64,000 nucleotides of DNA from Laetmonice hystrix. Taxonomy: Eukaryota. The translations under genes and the position numbers were made by a program. Below, piece after piece: positions 38,901 through 51,675 of the stretch; position 1 is the first letter of the stretch; every line of letters starts with the position of its first letter. The notes under the pieces were generated by a model. The model saw only the letters and a program-made list of their open reading frames with translations, made no database searches and was not told the origin of the DNA. The stretch lies in the NCBI GenBank assembly GCA_965235115.1, contig OZ249437.1, forward strand, positions 35,030,001-35,094,000, in the 5' to 3' direction.

Positions 38901-39252
38901 TACGGAATTTTTTTTTTCTCATATTTCAGACTCTGAATACCAAAACACCACCAGGCAGGATATGAGGCCTTGTCAAAATCATAGTTATGAAATATTTTGA
39001 CATACATGGTTTTCAGAGATAATTTTCCCATAACTTGACCTCAGTCAATTACCCTTTCTGAGATTTGGGACAAAGGTTCCAGGACTGACAGTAAAACCAA
39101 GATGGCAGAGTGGTAAGGCTATGGGCCACTTAGGTACTTGATAGCATACGAATGGCACCTGGCGTTTTCCTCATGACGTCCGGAGGAAATGGGATTAGTG
39201 TATTGCTTGCAATCATGATGTCTAGTTTATCTTGATTTGGCAAAAATACGCT

Positions 39253-39254
<2 letters not shown>

Positions 39255-39328
<74 letters not shown>

Positions 39329-39336
39329 CTCTCTCT
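39255..39336. repeat. (CT)n microsatellite
   Basis: Directly visible. Confidence 0.98.
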
Positions 39337-41401
39337 ATCGCAGTTAACCTGGAAATACATCAACAGGTCATTATATTTTCTACTTTGCTGATATCGATTT
39401 ATTTTCATTTAAAGAGGTTTTGTCCAGCATTTTAAGTAGGACAAATAACTGAGTGAGGACCTCTGGGAGCATGGAGTCCGAGAGTTTAGTGGCTGGGGGA
39501 AACGGTCACTTGTATCCATTGTATCCTCTCACATTTAGTCAGACCGTCCTTCCAAGGTAAACATACTGAACACACAAATTGGGCCAAGTAGAACAAATGG
39601 TGTCCTGATCCTTTTTATGACCAACGCATCGGCTGACTTTTCCTCCATGTCACAGCTGCGTGACTAAAGGGGCCTACGAGTCGCCCGTTCCACAATAATC
39701 ATTTAGATCTACACTACCACCAGCCAGGCCATCAACAATCATATCGATCGCATTTATCACAATTTTCTCTGGCCGGACCACATGGATTTTCTGCTTTCCA
39801 GAACGAGCGCGAAGTCGCTATCTTCACGGAATCTTTCTCTTGCTGCGGTCGGACCGTTCTGTATAAACCAAGTCCTAGGACGCCAAAAACCGAAACAACT
39901 CCGATTCTGAATCTTAGTACGCGATCAGAATCATGTACCCCGTCAGAGAATTTGTGGACTCCATGGCTATGGTCATCGCACGTGTATTGTATATTAAGCA
40001 ACACAAATGGGGCGTTTGCATAAAGGCGCCAGGAGATATCCGGGCTGAAGGGAAGCACAGTTGTGTTGTTCCAAATCTTCAGGACGTATCAAAAGAGTGG
40101 TACGTAACGTTTCACGAGAGGGCGTCTTTGACCGGAATTAGTACTGGGCGACGACTGTCGACTGGGGATTTACTAACACAGCATTCGGGGTTGCCATTTT
40201 CCTGACGTGACTGCTAAGTGACAAATTTCGTCCTGAAATATATTTAAGTCCAATACAGACTTAAACTTCACCAAATAGAAGTAATAAACTATCCATTAAG
40301 ATCTATTCAGTATATGAAGGCCTTACGTCCCATCAAATCAAACTTTATCTTGATACAATCTGTGTTATGTTATGAGGATGCTACCATGAATCATAGACCT
40401 ACACATCTATGTATGAATACAATGGGAGGTTGGTTCTTTTGTTGGTCACTACCCGAAATAGAATATGTTATTGTTGTGAAAGCTCATGATAGAGCCACGT
40501 CACACGGATCATAAGCTACACCTGACCTTTACTATAGTGTATAATTCCCGTTCAATTCGTACAAAGGACAAAGGACGTTCCATTCAGTATGTCTCAGGTC
40601 AAAGGGTTGCGTTCAGTATCATCTAGTCGAGCTGTTCTTCTAGTCACAGCCATTTCAAGCGAACAGCAAGGGGTCAGTTGCCCGCTCGGTGATTCTAAAA
40701 AAGTGTAAAAAAAATTTACAAGCAGATCTATGCTCCATTAAATTGATAGTGTGAGTCAGAAAAAAGGAACCACAGATTTAATCCTAATTTCCATGAAACT
40801 TAAAAAATGGCATAAATCTGATATCAACATGTGATAGCATAATTCTTCTGCTTCCATATATGGTAGGATGGTCACCCACATTTGGTCACGGATGACTGCA
40901 CATAAACCATATTTCGAACACTTAATTTGACTCGACAATTCCCTCGGCGTACTTCCTGACATTGTTTTGTTTAATATGAGTCGTCCACAGCCCAAAACCA
41001 TATGAAAGCGAAATAATTCGCGTGTTGATATCAGATTTTTGAGAAATTGGGGATTAAATCTGGGTTTCCTTTTTTCTGACTCACACTGTATTTTTAATCG
41101 AAGTGTCCCTCAGAACTGTCCCCTAATGATATATGGCTATGAAAGGCCCTGCTATTAGTACCATCCTAACTTTGCAGCATCGCGTAACGACAGGACACCA
41201 CCCACCCACCGACGGGCTGACATAACATGGTCACGGCCCTGGAAGCCATGGTCCCAATAGTGCACACTAATTAAGGTTCATCTGACAGTTTCAGGTTTGT
41301 TACGTTGCAGACCCTGCTCGCGACCAGGGCCTCCAAATGACGTCCATTTTTCCAAGTCTGTGTGTTGGCGAGGTAGGGCTGTTAATGGATACTAACGCAT
41401 A

Positions 41402-41654
41402 CAAGCACGGATCCAGGGAGGCACGGGGGCACATGCCCCCTTCTGCTGGCCGAGCATAGTGGGTTTTTTTCAATTCAAAAACCGCGACATTAGAATGTGA
41501 CCGTATTACATTATTTGGCTGGTTGAATAAATGATGTTCCAATATAATGGTGTTGTTATTTCAAGTAAGAAGTTCGAGATTAGTTGTAATGAATGCCTAT
41601 TCTTAAAAAGTCTGTGCCCCCCCCCCCCTTAAAAAAATCCTGGATCCGTACCTG
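41402..41654. mobile_element. MITE with GGATCC-containing TIRs
   Basis: CAAGCACGGATCCAGG at the left end versus CCTGGATCCGTACCTG at the right end (2 mismatches). Confidence 0.7.
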
Positions 41655-43950
41655 GCCCTTAACTATCGGTCGTCTTCCGTCGATTGGCAACCTGACAAAC
41701 GTTTCTAAGAATAACGTTTTACTCGATATTATTTTTAAGACGAGGCCTTTCGTTCGACACGTGAATCATAGTGGCTGGCTTCGTTTTCATCGCCAAGCTT
41801 GCTCGCTGAAAGAAATCCAGCTGTATATCGGAGGAACTTTGTATTCAGAGATTCCAACGAAAATAGGAAGTAAAGTGGAAGGTCTGGAATGTTTCTGCTC
41901 CAACATTTTTTTTTTATTATTATTATGCATATTTTGACAGGGGAACCCACTCGACTTGTCAGCCGCCATTAATGTAGGGCCCTGTGATACATTAACGTAT
42001 TATACACTTTCACACATACATTCTACATTACCTTGTATGTACAGTATATAGTTTTACACATCCTTCTTAGCACTTAACAATTACATATAATATTTCTGCA
42101 CTTACACATTCACTTTCGTATACGATTTAACCCATGCTTCTTAGAGCTTCTTAAGAGATAAATCTATCTTGTTCCCCCTAGTGTCTTTCATTCATGTACA
42201 TATTATTATAATATTTTTTAATCTCTACTTTAAATTCCTTCTTGAAAATATGAAAATACTCTGGCGGTACAGATTTATACCGTTCACATTGGTTGGAAAT
42301 GACATTATTATAACCATTTTTATATCTGAACGGTTCGCGACTCTTTCACAAACATCAGTACAGATAAGAATTTCTTTTCTTTCAATCTCATTATTTACGC
42401 ATAATTTATGCAGAAATGTCAAGTTTGAAAAGGTTCTGATGACCCCAAGATGCACATGGTTCACAGGCCAAATGAAGAACTTCCTGGATAACTGGTGAAC
42501 TTGTTGCAAACACAGCGAATTGCTAAATGGCATTATTCACAAGGATAATGCAAATAGGAAAGTTCTGGTGTCTGTGGTTGTTCGCTTGTATGTGTACATA
42601 TATATTGGTTGGTGGAGTGGGGGGGGGGGGGGTTGATGCTGAACAGTTTTGGTTTTGTTGTTAACCAGAACCCCTGTATCACGAGAACATCTGGGACTGT
42701 AGTTCAGCAGGGGTCAGCCTTCCCTGGAGTGATGGTTGCATCAAAGCACGGTCAAACACGGTGTATCGATTACCCATTGTCTGTTCCACAAAGAACCTTC
42801 CCTCCCCTGGCTGCCTCCCTTCCCCCGCCAAGCCGCCAGACCTCCGATAATACGCGATAACCACTGGATATTAACAGGTTCCGGAGTCGCCCAACAGGAA
42901 CTGTTATCTTTAACACGCACCAAGGAATCGCTACTTGCGTCTCCCTCATCCAGGAGGCAGTGTATACATACCATCAGCAGAACTATCCTTTATGTAGGAT
43001 ATACTGCTGCCAAAGTGGACGCAAGCTGTATAGACAAACTAAAACGTCGAGTGAGTCGTGACTGATACTTAATTCGAGCCGGGCAATTATCGCATACAGT
43101 GCCGCACATTGTCCTGTCACGATCATCTTGAATAAAGTCACTCACTCGGGTTACAATGCCTCGTCCCCGGAATAACATCAACGGAGCGAATCCATAAACA
43201 TCACAGGTCGATTCTTAAAAGGAAGCTGTGAGAAACACACATGTGTCTGTCGCTATGCTCTGAAAGAGCTATCCAAGAGATCTCATCGAATTTTTGATCC
43301 CTCTGCCTCTCGCCAACAAGGCCACACCTCTTCCGACTCCCCCCCCCCTCCCCAGGACAAGAGTGTAGGCACAGCTACCCGGCAAAGGGCTTCGCAGTAT
43401 TGTGCACGGCGTTATTGGCTTCCAGTTTGCGTGCAAGACCTGACCCCAGTTCCGAGCATCATCTGATGCCAAGGGCAGAGGTCGTAATATAGCTTCAGTG
43501 GGGCGAACCTACATCCTTTCATGTCCTGACCTCGGGGAGTTCCTGATACCACTATAATCACCATAACCGCAAACCATTCACCTCTACCGTATTCTCCTGG
43601 AGAAGACTAGTACAAAGAAACTATCATTATAGGGAGGATAAAAACCTCATGGTAGGCCCTCTAATTACCTGAGATATATGTGAGGGGAGTGCAAATGTGG
43701 ACACTGGAAGCTACTCTATCAGGGTGGATTTCGCAGGTGGCGTTATAAGATGATGCTTTTCATGATTACACTGTAAAATGATGGATGCTTGGGGCGCGCC
43801 ATAGTTGGAATTGTTCCTTGTGTGTGCCTGTAATCCCGTCAGGTTTGGCAGGAACGCTAAGCAATAACATAAAGAATCATAGACGCCATCTGACGCTTAC
43901 TGATCCTGGAGAAGGTCTTTACGGCTCTACGTGCTGCTAAAAGTTTAAAT

Positions 43951-43952
<2 letters not shown>

Positions 43953-43989
<37 letters not shown>
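43953..43989. repeat. (GA)n microsatellite
   Basis: Directly visible. Confidence 0.97.
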
Positions 43990-43993
<4 letters not shown>

Positions 43994-45508
43994 GCAGCGA
44001 GGGGAGGGAGAGTGCGTGTGTGTTTTGTTGAGGGCAGGCCAGGAACTGCACAGTATGAAAAGGGTATTTACCGGCCATGACCACCACTGCTATCCAGTGC
44101 AACAATACGCATCGACTTCTAATAGCACTGTGCTATCGGTCATGGTAGTTTTAACAGAGGGCTAGTCCACACGACAGCTTCAATGGCTTGCATGATTGTC
44201 TTTCACTGTCACTGTATTTTAAATACCTGCAGCTTCTGTCGGTTTCCACGAGCGAGACCACATAGAAAGATCACCAGACTGTCGGGTGAGGTTGCTTCAT
44301 ACATGGCCTTGATTTACGCAGTCTAGATGTCTGCATAGTACCACTCCGACGATAAACGACGGCATTTAGTGAATTATAATACCACTAAAATCTTCTGTCG
44401 ACAGCGTTGGTAGAACTGTCCAGGAGTAAATCGTTTTCAGCGCACGCCTTAGTATAGAGTTTGATCAGAGAACGTCCCCAATAGATCAATTACAAACGCA
44501 GTGGATCAGAGTGTGAAACAGCCTGAAAATATAAATATCTGCCTACGGCATCCACGTGGACAAGGAATATTTGTTTCTTGAACCACGCGAAAGAATCGGC
44601 TGACGGTTTGAAGAACAGCCTTGGGGGTGCTGCAGTGGAATGCAATGGGTAAACTTACATCCGGGCACTGTAAGTATTGCATAATGAGGTTGATGCATAC
44701 GACGCTATTGTGTTGTCAACAAAAACTTTTATGGTTACCCTATCCTATACTTACATAATACATACATTAATATCAATTTATTTGCCTCTTTTGTCTATTC
44801 TCTCCCACCCTGTAACTGATATAATATTACCAACCAGAACATTAAATGCCTTCTAAATGAGGAGACTAAATGACTTAACAAATGCCTTCCGATTCGACTT
44901 GGTCACGTTTTTGGTTGATGTTATGGCACACAGCTATTCCAGAACAACGACCTTGTTCTGTGGGTGGCTAACGTTTTCAGGTACAATGTACCGCCCGATA
45001 ACAGCTTGATATTCAACCCGCTAAATCAATATGCATTGACATGTAAAATGCTCTTGTGATTAATAATTCAAGGTGTACCTATTATAGCTTGGACCCATTG
45101 TAAACTGGAGTTAGGATTTTAAACAGACATCAGAGGGGTGGCCCCTTACACCATGCATTCAGATACTAAAATTAATACAGTCATCAACCTAAAATTAATT
45201 AGATTAATTAGATTAGAAGCTGTTTATAAATCCTCGTCAAAGACTTCCGATACAAAAGGACCGCGAAGTCCGTGGAGATACTGGGAGATTTAAAAGACAC
45301 ATCACGACTTTGTTTCGGCTAGTCTGGTGCCAGAGGTGCTAAAAATCACTCGGAAAGTCCAGAATCATTTGCAAAGAAAGGGTATCGCCTACTTTTAAAA
45401 ATTACTGATTGTGGGAAGGGACACTCCCCATCATTTCCCTATAAGTCCGGTAAAATAATACATTTCGTTTTAAAGGGTGACTCTGTGTAGTGGAGGGCGT
45501 CTGAAAGC

Positions 45509-45933
45509 TAGCCTGGTGCCCTGTGCCTACCATACGCATCCGCTATGTTAGGCCAGGTGATGGCTAACAGAAAGCTGCGAAACGGAAGTGATTAATCTCC
45601 AAGCACTTCCGCTTCCGTTCCGTTGGTCAGCGTTAACAGAGTGACCGACTTCTGCTTGAAGCGTGGCCGGGAGTGGTCAACATGCCCCTGCGTATGCAGA
45701 CCGTAGCAGGTGTGGGGACTGATGACGCTATGTTTACATCCAGAAAAGCGAGGACATTTAACACTTGTCTTTTAAAGGGCTTGACGAAAATATCTGCAAC
45801 TTGTTGGAGAAATACGGAGGGTACGGAACTACCTCATTTGCGTCCATGTTTTCGATGGGCCAATCACAACGCTCGCTTCGATTGGCCTTCACCAGGCTCT
45901 ATATACGTAGTGTTTAGACCGGGCCCCAGGCTA
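45509..45933. mobile_element. MITE, about 425 bp, with TA at both ends
   Basis: TAGCCTGGTGCCC / GGGCCCCAGGCTA (1 mismatch); its left ~160 bp has an inverted homolog at 24271-24441. Confidence 0.75.
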
Positions 45934-46301
45934 GTCTGAAAGCATGCTGAAACAAACGGACTGTATGCATCTCTGAGAACATAATCTCGTTTTAACCCCA
46001 CCCTCGCCGTCCGTACGTATAGGCCTACGGACGTCGACAGCAAATTATTTACAACATTTTTAAGCGCAGAGGCCCCATGCATGCTTCCCTTTATAGCTTC
46101 CCCTCACCAAATCATTGAAGTCAACTCGTTTATCGATGTTTATAACATGCACTCTCTTTGCTATTCCAGGTTTATTTGAGGAAGAAAATGACGAAAGCCT
46201 CCTCGGCAGAACTTTTCGACCATGCAAGTCTGGGCGTGCGGATATCCAGACACAGTCCATTCACGAGATATGCCTGCCGAAGGGGATGAAAACCTTCCAA
46301 A

Positions 46302-47357
46302 ATGACTACAGGTGGCGACTACAAGCTCATCTGTGCCTACGTTGCTCTCGTCGTGGGCGCCCTCGGTCTCGTGGGCAATGCCCTCTGCGCAAAGGTGATG
46401 CGCATTGGCTACATGAAGGGCTCCTCGACGTGTGTGCTCCTGTTTGGGGCCGTTCTCAGCGACACTGTCATTCTCGTTATAGAACTACTCGACGACGTCG
46501 CTGAGATGATTCCGTCTGTTTCACCAGCAGACATCATGTATGGTAACAGTGATTGGAGGTGTCGTATTACGACCTTCGTCTACGACAGCGCGCGTCTCGT
46601 CTCCGCCTGGCTCACGGTGGCTATGTCGGTCGAGTTGTGTCTTGTTCGCAGCGACCCCAAGCGGCGAACGTCAATCGCAAATAAGAAAAGGGCCGTCTAC
46701 GTCGCGTTGGCTATCACTTTGGTGGCCACAGCAGCCTGCTTCCCATTTCTCGTCATAGCACGCGCAACGTCAGAAAACACATGTTCGTCGAAGTATCGAC
46801 TTTTCTTTGATACGTATTCTGATATTGTGCTCGGAATAGCCGTCGACGCGTTAGTGCCTATATTTTTCATCATCGTCTGCACTATGAAGTCGGTGGTATC
46901 GCTGTTAGACACAACTCGTGTGGGTTCTCCGACCAGTTCCGAGCCGCCTGATACCGGGCTCGGCCATGGACCCGAGGTGTTGCCTGACAACACCATGACG
47001 TTCGCTTACGCCGTCATAGCAACGTGTGGTGTCTTCCTGATAACCGTGACACCAACGGCCGCGTTGGAGACGGTCAACGCAGTCCAGAAACACTATCCCG
47101 GCCTCAGCCTGCCCAGTGACGTCATAGGGCTCGCCTATGCCGTTGCCAAGGTGTTTTTCCTGTTCAATCACTCGGCTAAGCTGTACATATGGTTTATTAC
47201 TGAGGAAGATTTTCGAGTGGCGTGGAGACAGTTGTACATGTGCGGCAATATGGGCCTTTCTCATGCCGATGGAGCCATCGATATGTCGCTAGCTAACGGC
47301 AGTATTGGAAGCTCAAGGCCTCCAAACTATGCTTCCACTCGCGAAGAACGGTTGTAA
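46302..47357 (+). CDS. Class A (rhodopsin-like) 7TM receptor, peptide-receptor-like, 351 aa, intronless CDS
   Basis: Seven hydrophobic segments; TM1 GN, TM2 LSD, C3.25 and an ECL2 Cys, TM5 P, TM6 FLITVTP, TM7 NHS followed by an F-R helix 8. The SxWL and NHS motifs resemble invertebrate FMRFamide/sex-peptide-type receptors (recognised from memory). Confidence 0.9.
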   Translation: MTTGGDYKLICAYVALVVGALGLVGNALCAKVMRIGYMKGSSTCVLLFGAVLSDTVILVIELLDDVAEMIPSVSPADIMYGNSDWRCRITTFVYDSARLVSAWLTVAMSVELCLVRSDPKRRTSIANKKRAVYVALAITLVATAACFPFLVIARATSENTCSSKYRLFFDTYSDIVLGIAVDALVPIFFIIVCTMKSVVSLLDTTRVGSPTSSEPPDTGLGHGPEVLPDNTMTFAYAVIATCGVFLITVTPTAALETVNAVQKHYPGLSLPSDVIGLAYAVAKVFFLFNHSAKLYIWFITEEDFRVAWRQLYMCGNMGLSHADGAIDMSLANGSIGSSRPPNYASTREERL

Positions 47358-50300
47358 TAATTATGATCTCATTCCAACAAAAATATGGGGATGGATGGAA
47401 GAGAGTCGTGCCAGGACAATTGAAGCATATCAATATGAGCCGCAGAAACGTCAAATATGCCTTTAAGGATCGCAGTTTACGAGCCGGTTTAAAAACCTTG
47501 CCACATCATTCTGCAGGGATGACATGAGCTTTGGGCAGAGAGGGAGAAGTAGGAATCTATAAATGTCGAGACCAAAAGTCCTCCAGGCGCTGCGACTCAC
47601 ATCAGGATCCAGCAGATTCTCCCTATGAGACATCCACATGGAGGGTGCCATCAGGGGAAGCGGAGCTCCGCAAAGGTTAAAATAAAACAAAAAGAAGAAC
47701 CCCCCCCCCCCCCCAACACTATACAATCATGGAAACACCCGCAGGTTCCTATCAGAGTTTATTGCTTGTACGTGTTGTTGCTCCTTTAATACATTGATTT
47801 GTATTTAATGTTTCTCCAGCCAAGGACAGATCACACAATGAAACATGAGGGGATTGCATACAACACGTTCACGGTCATGGCGCTTAGACCATCTATATCG
47901 GGAGAGAATCAAACATCTAGATTATGCCACTGCACGTCCCTTCCCTTGTCAAAGGTCGTTGTTATACTCAGTTCCACTGTTATGAACGACCCCGAAGAGA
48001 ATCACTGGCCTGTGAGCGCTAGATATGGCCGTAATTTCAGGATTAGTCCACAACAGTGAGATTACGGCCTAATTACACCTGAACCAATTTAATCCTTGTG
48101 GCGAGGCACTGAGCGACGGTTAAGGCAAAATCTCGCGAAGATCGACATCTGCAAAGCGTGGATTCATCTATGATGATTCAGCGATATCAGTAATAACATC
48201 ATCGTCATCAAAAGGACTTGTCGTCCAAATTAATATTTTTTTTAAATATCTCGGCTGGGATTGATATCAAATACCTCGGCATAACCTGAACGGAACATCT
48301 ACCAAACCTTTTGTGTCAGAATATGATCTCGAAATATAACTCGCCTACAATAGAAACGTCATATTATCGTATAATGAGTTCATCATATTTTGTAAAACAG
48401 ACACACAGATGCCACCATAATATCGACCGATTGAATCGCTGTCCGCTCAATAAAGTCATTAAAATATCATTGAAATACTAGGGGGAATGTGCGTGTTGTT
48501 ATTTGTAGGTTTAGGTGTTTACGAACAAAAGGGGCACTTTGATGACATCATCGTAACCAATTTCTATCAACAATGTTATGTTTACCCGCTGTTTCGTTTC
48601 CTTTGTGGTATATGCCCCGTTCAAAGACAATACATTATAGTCCATTACTTCCTGTAGAAGCAAATATATCTAGAAGAAGATGTAAGGTGTCCTAGAGGCC
48701 CGAACTACAATACTTCCACCTTCGTCAGCCTATAGTACAGTTCTCTCAATAATTATTGATCCACCTATTTTAGTATAGAATGTATTTTCAGAGAGCTATG
48801 CAGCAAATGCGGTAACCTGATCCAAGACGTTATACACGTGCAGCTTTGTGCGACCACTCAGCCCTACTCATCCGAACTGTTTGCCGCCAGCAGCATAGTC
48901 GTACTCATTTCCTATCATCTTGTTCCCTTGCTCTTGGCCTCCCATTTTGATAGATGTAAATACTGAGGTGGAAATCAATAGCCGTGTTACATTCTATAAG
49001 ACAATGCTTTGATAAGGTGAGATTCGTCACCGATAATTATTTGGAACCCTAACATTATAAGCCTCCATTTTCACGCATTTTCATGATAATAGTAGGCTAG
49101 ATTATGCGGAATTTCTGACGTTTTGTTCACATTCAAGTTTTCATTTCATTCATTGGTATCGAATAGACCTATCAATACTGCAGTACGAAACGACAGTCAG
49201 CGTGCGAGCTCAAAATTGATGGAAAAAATAATGATGGCGCAGCATTGATTATTTCCCGGAGTCCATGGGGTGCATCACAATGCAGCCTTAAAACGAAGAG
49301 TGTGAACAACATTGCTGGTTCTAGTTCGTGTTACCTGCACAAACATGCAGCTTGCCTTATGAAACATTTATCAACATTACGAATCTTATATTTACTAATG
49401 TTACATCCCCGTTTAGGTTCCTGTAGTCACGGCTTGCTGTGCACGGTGTTGGGTTGGGCTTGTTCAAATATAGGCCTACATGCATACCGGTATATTGATT
49501 AGGCCTACAGCATATAGATTTTACAAATTGGCGAAAATACTGCTTGTATATAATCTGGCAATTATGTTCCATAGCACTGCCTATACATGCCTGATTGGAT
49601 TTCGTATAGAGTTTTAGCCGGGCGACTTTACACCCTTTTCACAGAACGCGAGACTAATTTGCAAATAGCAATTGCGCGAGTCGGCAAAGTGAGTACTACT
49701 ATGTCGTACTCAATTTGTCAATCTGCGCAATTTGCAAATAGCGTTAATTCAAATAGACCTAACCCTATACTTACCTTAACCCTTACCGAGGGATGTACAG
49801 GTAAACTACGCTCAACCAGCTTGACATAAATCCTTTAATAGGCCTACTACTAATCTAAAAGTTTCTAAGCTTAAAATTTTATATGTCCATACTGCATGTA
49901 TATCCGATAATGACGGTGCCAAGGTGCATGGCTCGAAAATACGTATGTACCAATAGATTCTTCGATTAGTAGTAATCGATGTCGGGCCGAGAGTGCTTTG
50001 CCCTTGACAACACAGATACAATCGCTACTTTTACGTTAAGGGGCCCTGGACTTTTCTTGCACGTTTGGCTCGGCTCATGCATAAAGAAAGCCTAATCAAC
50101 GCCTCTGCTACACCCAACACACTTTTCTCCTAGACGGAAGACCACCCCTCTTAGGCCTACTCGCACATTTACACCTATTCTGTTTATAACGTCGGTTTTA
50201 CTGTAATTTTTGTGGAGGGATGCATCACTTGTTGTGCCTCGTCTGACAGCAGGACTGGCTGGGTCCGCCCATCAAGCCATGCCGTGGCCCACGGGTTGAC

Positions 50301-51133
50301 CCTATGACCTGCCCATGGCAGTCCTGATGACCTGCTGCCGTGAGGGAGGACACCTTAGTACCGTCACGTGATTGAGGGTCACTGACCTCGTACGCCAAGG
50401 ACGGTCACGTCTGCTCATTGCACGAGGTCGACGTAACGTAACGGCGTTCAATTGCCCTAAATCTGTTATTGTGTATCAACGTGCATGGATTTCTACATGA
50501 TGGCAATGAACGTGTGTGCAGTGGCCCTACTTTGTCCGTAAAAAAGTGTCCATGAACCGAACGAACGCCATTCTGGCGTCAAATAGAAATAGCTAGTAAC
50601 TAACAGTTTTGAAAAAATGAGTTGGACGTTTCCTTAAACTTACTATCTATTCCGCATCTCTCTATAAGGTTCTTTGATTTTCACTAAACCAAATGTTTAG
50701 AATCAAGACAAAATGTATTTTAAAAGTATGCTTAAATGTTTACCTACAACGTGCACTAAGATTTGTGATTTCGCTGAGATAACAGTTTATTATCGTGATC
50801 AACCCCTGTGCTGTGTCAGTCACACCTGTTCTGTGGTAACCGACCAACAGGGACCCTGAAGAGTCAGACCAATCCGTGATTTTTTTACTTGTTCGATGTT
50901 AACTTTCCAAATGTCCCAGTTTTTTCTTCTTCTAGTTTCAGCGATGTATTAAAAGAGATATTCCAAGGCTGAGCGAGACCGGCAGTTTACATCTAGCTGT
51001 TATTTGCGGACATATCAATTTCTCCGGACACATCTAGCTCATGTTTGCGGATATATCTCCTATCGGACATAACTAGCCGTTCGGACATATCTAGCCGAAA
51101 CATCCCCTCGCCTATACCTTTCATTTCCACTAC

Positions 51134-51320
51134 CTCACTTTACTGTTTGCTTGGGTACTAGGCCTCACTGTACTATTTTGGCCTCACTGTAGGCCTACTG
51201 TTTGGCCTCACTGTACTGTTTGCTTGGGTACTAGAGCAGCGAGTACCATGTAGGGACGCCTCACTGTACTGTTTGGCCTCACTGTACTGTTTCCCTCACT
51301 GTACTGTTTGGCCTCACTGG
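51134..51320. repeat. Degenerate short tandem repeat (CCTCACTGTACTGTTTGG-like)
   Basis: About 8 imperfect copies visible. Confidence 0.75.
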
Positions 51321-51581
51321 TTACATAGGGGCCTAATCACTACAGTTAGGTCGGGTACACTTGTCTTAATCACAACAGTCAGGTGGGGTATATGGCCCTA
51401 ATCACTGCATTTCAAAAGAAAAATACAGTCTACGCCAGTGCCAGGATTACCTTAACAGTCAATGTTCGGTAGAAATCATGTGTAGCTCTATCTAGGAAAA
51501 TATGGATTCCGTCTCATTTCGGAAGATGTGTGTAGGGGGGAGGGTCCATTGTCCTGCTCGACCACCAAAGCTCCTTTTTTA

Positions 51582-51675
51582 GGGGAGTGGCGGTGGCCGA
51601 GTGGGCATGGGTGTCGACACCTTATGCTATGCGAATGGGTGCAGTAATCTTGGGGCCGGGGTTCGATTCCTGTAG
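51582..51675 (+). mobile_element. tRNA-derived SINE-like head
   Basis: A box TGGCCGAGTGG at 51594-51604, B box GGTTCGATTCC at 51660-51670. Confidence 0.6.

Larger units (their letters stand above)
37810..39225 (+). mobile_element. Divergent related element, copy 3, with an internal ~372-bp duplication
   Basis: 5' TCCTGTTGTAAGACAA resembles copies 1 and 2; 3' GGAAATGGGAT, ATTGC-TT-GCAAT hairpin, CTAG then T; duplicated units 38277-38648 and 38649-39022. Confidence 0.6.

Noticed and set aside
39700-39920. L1/Tx1-like RT fragment (IDRIYHNFLW)
   Set aside because: A single short resemblance with no further RT motifs.
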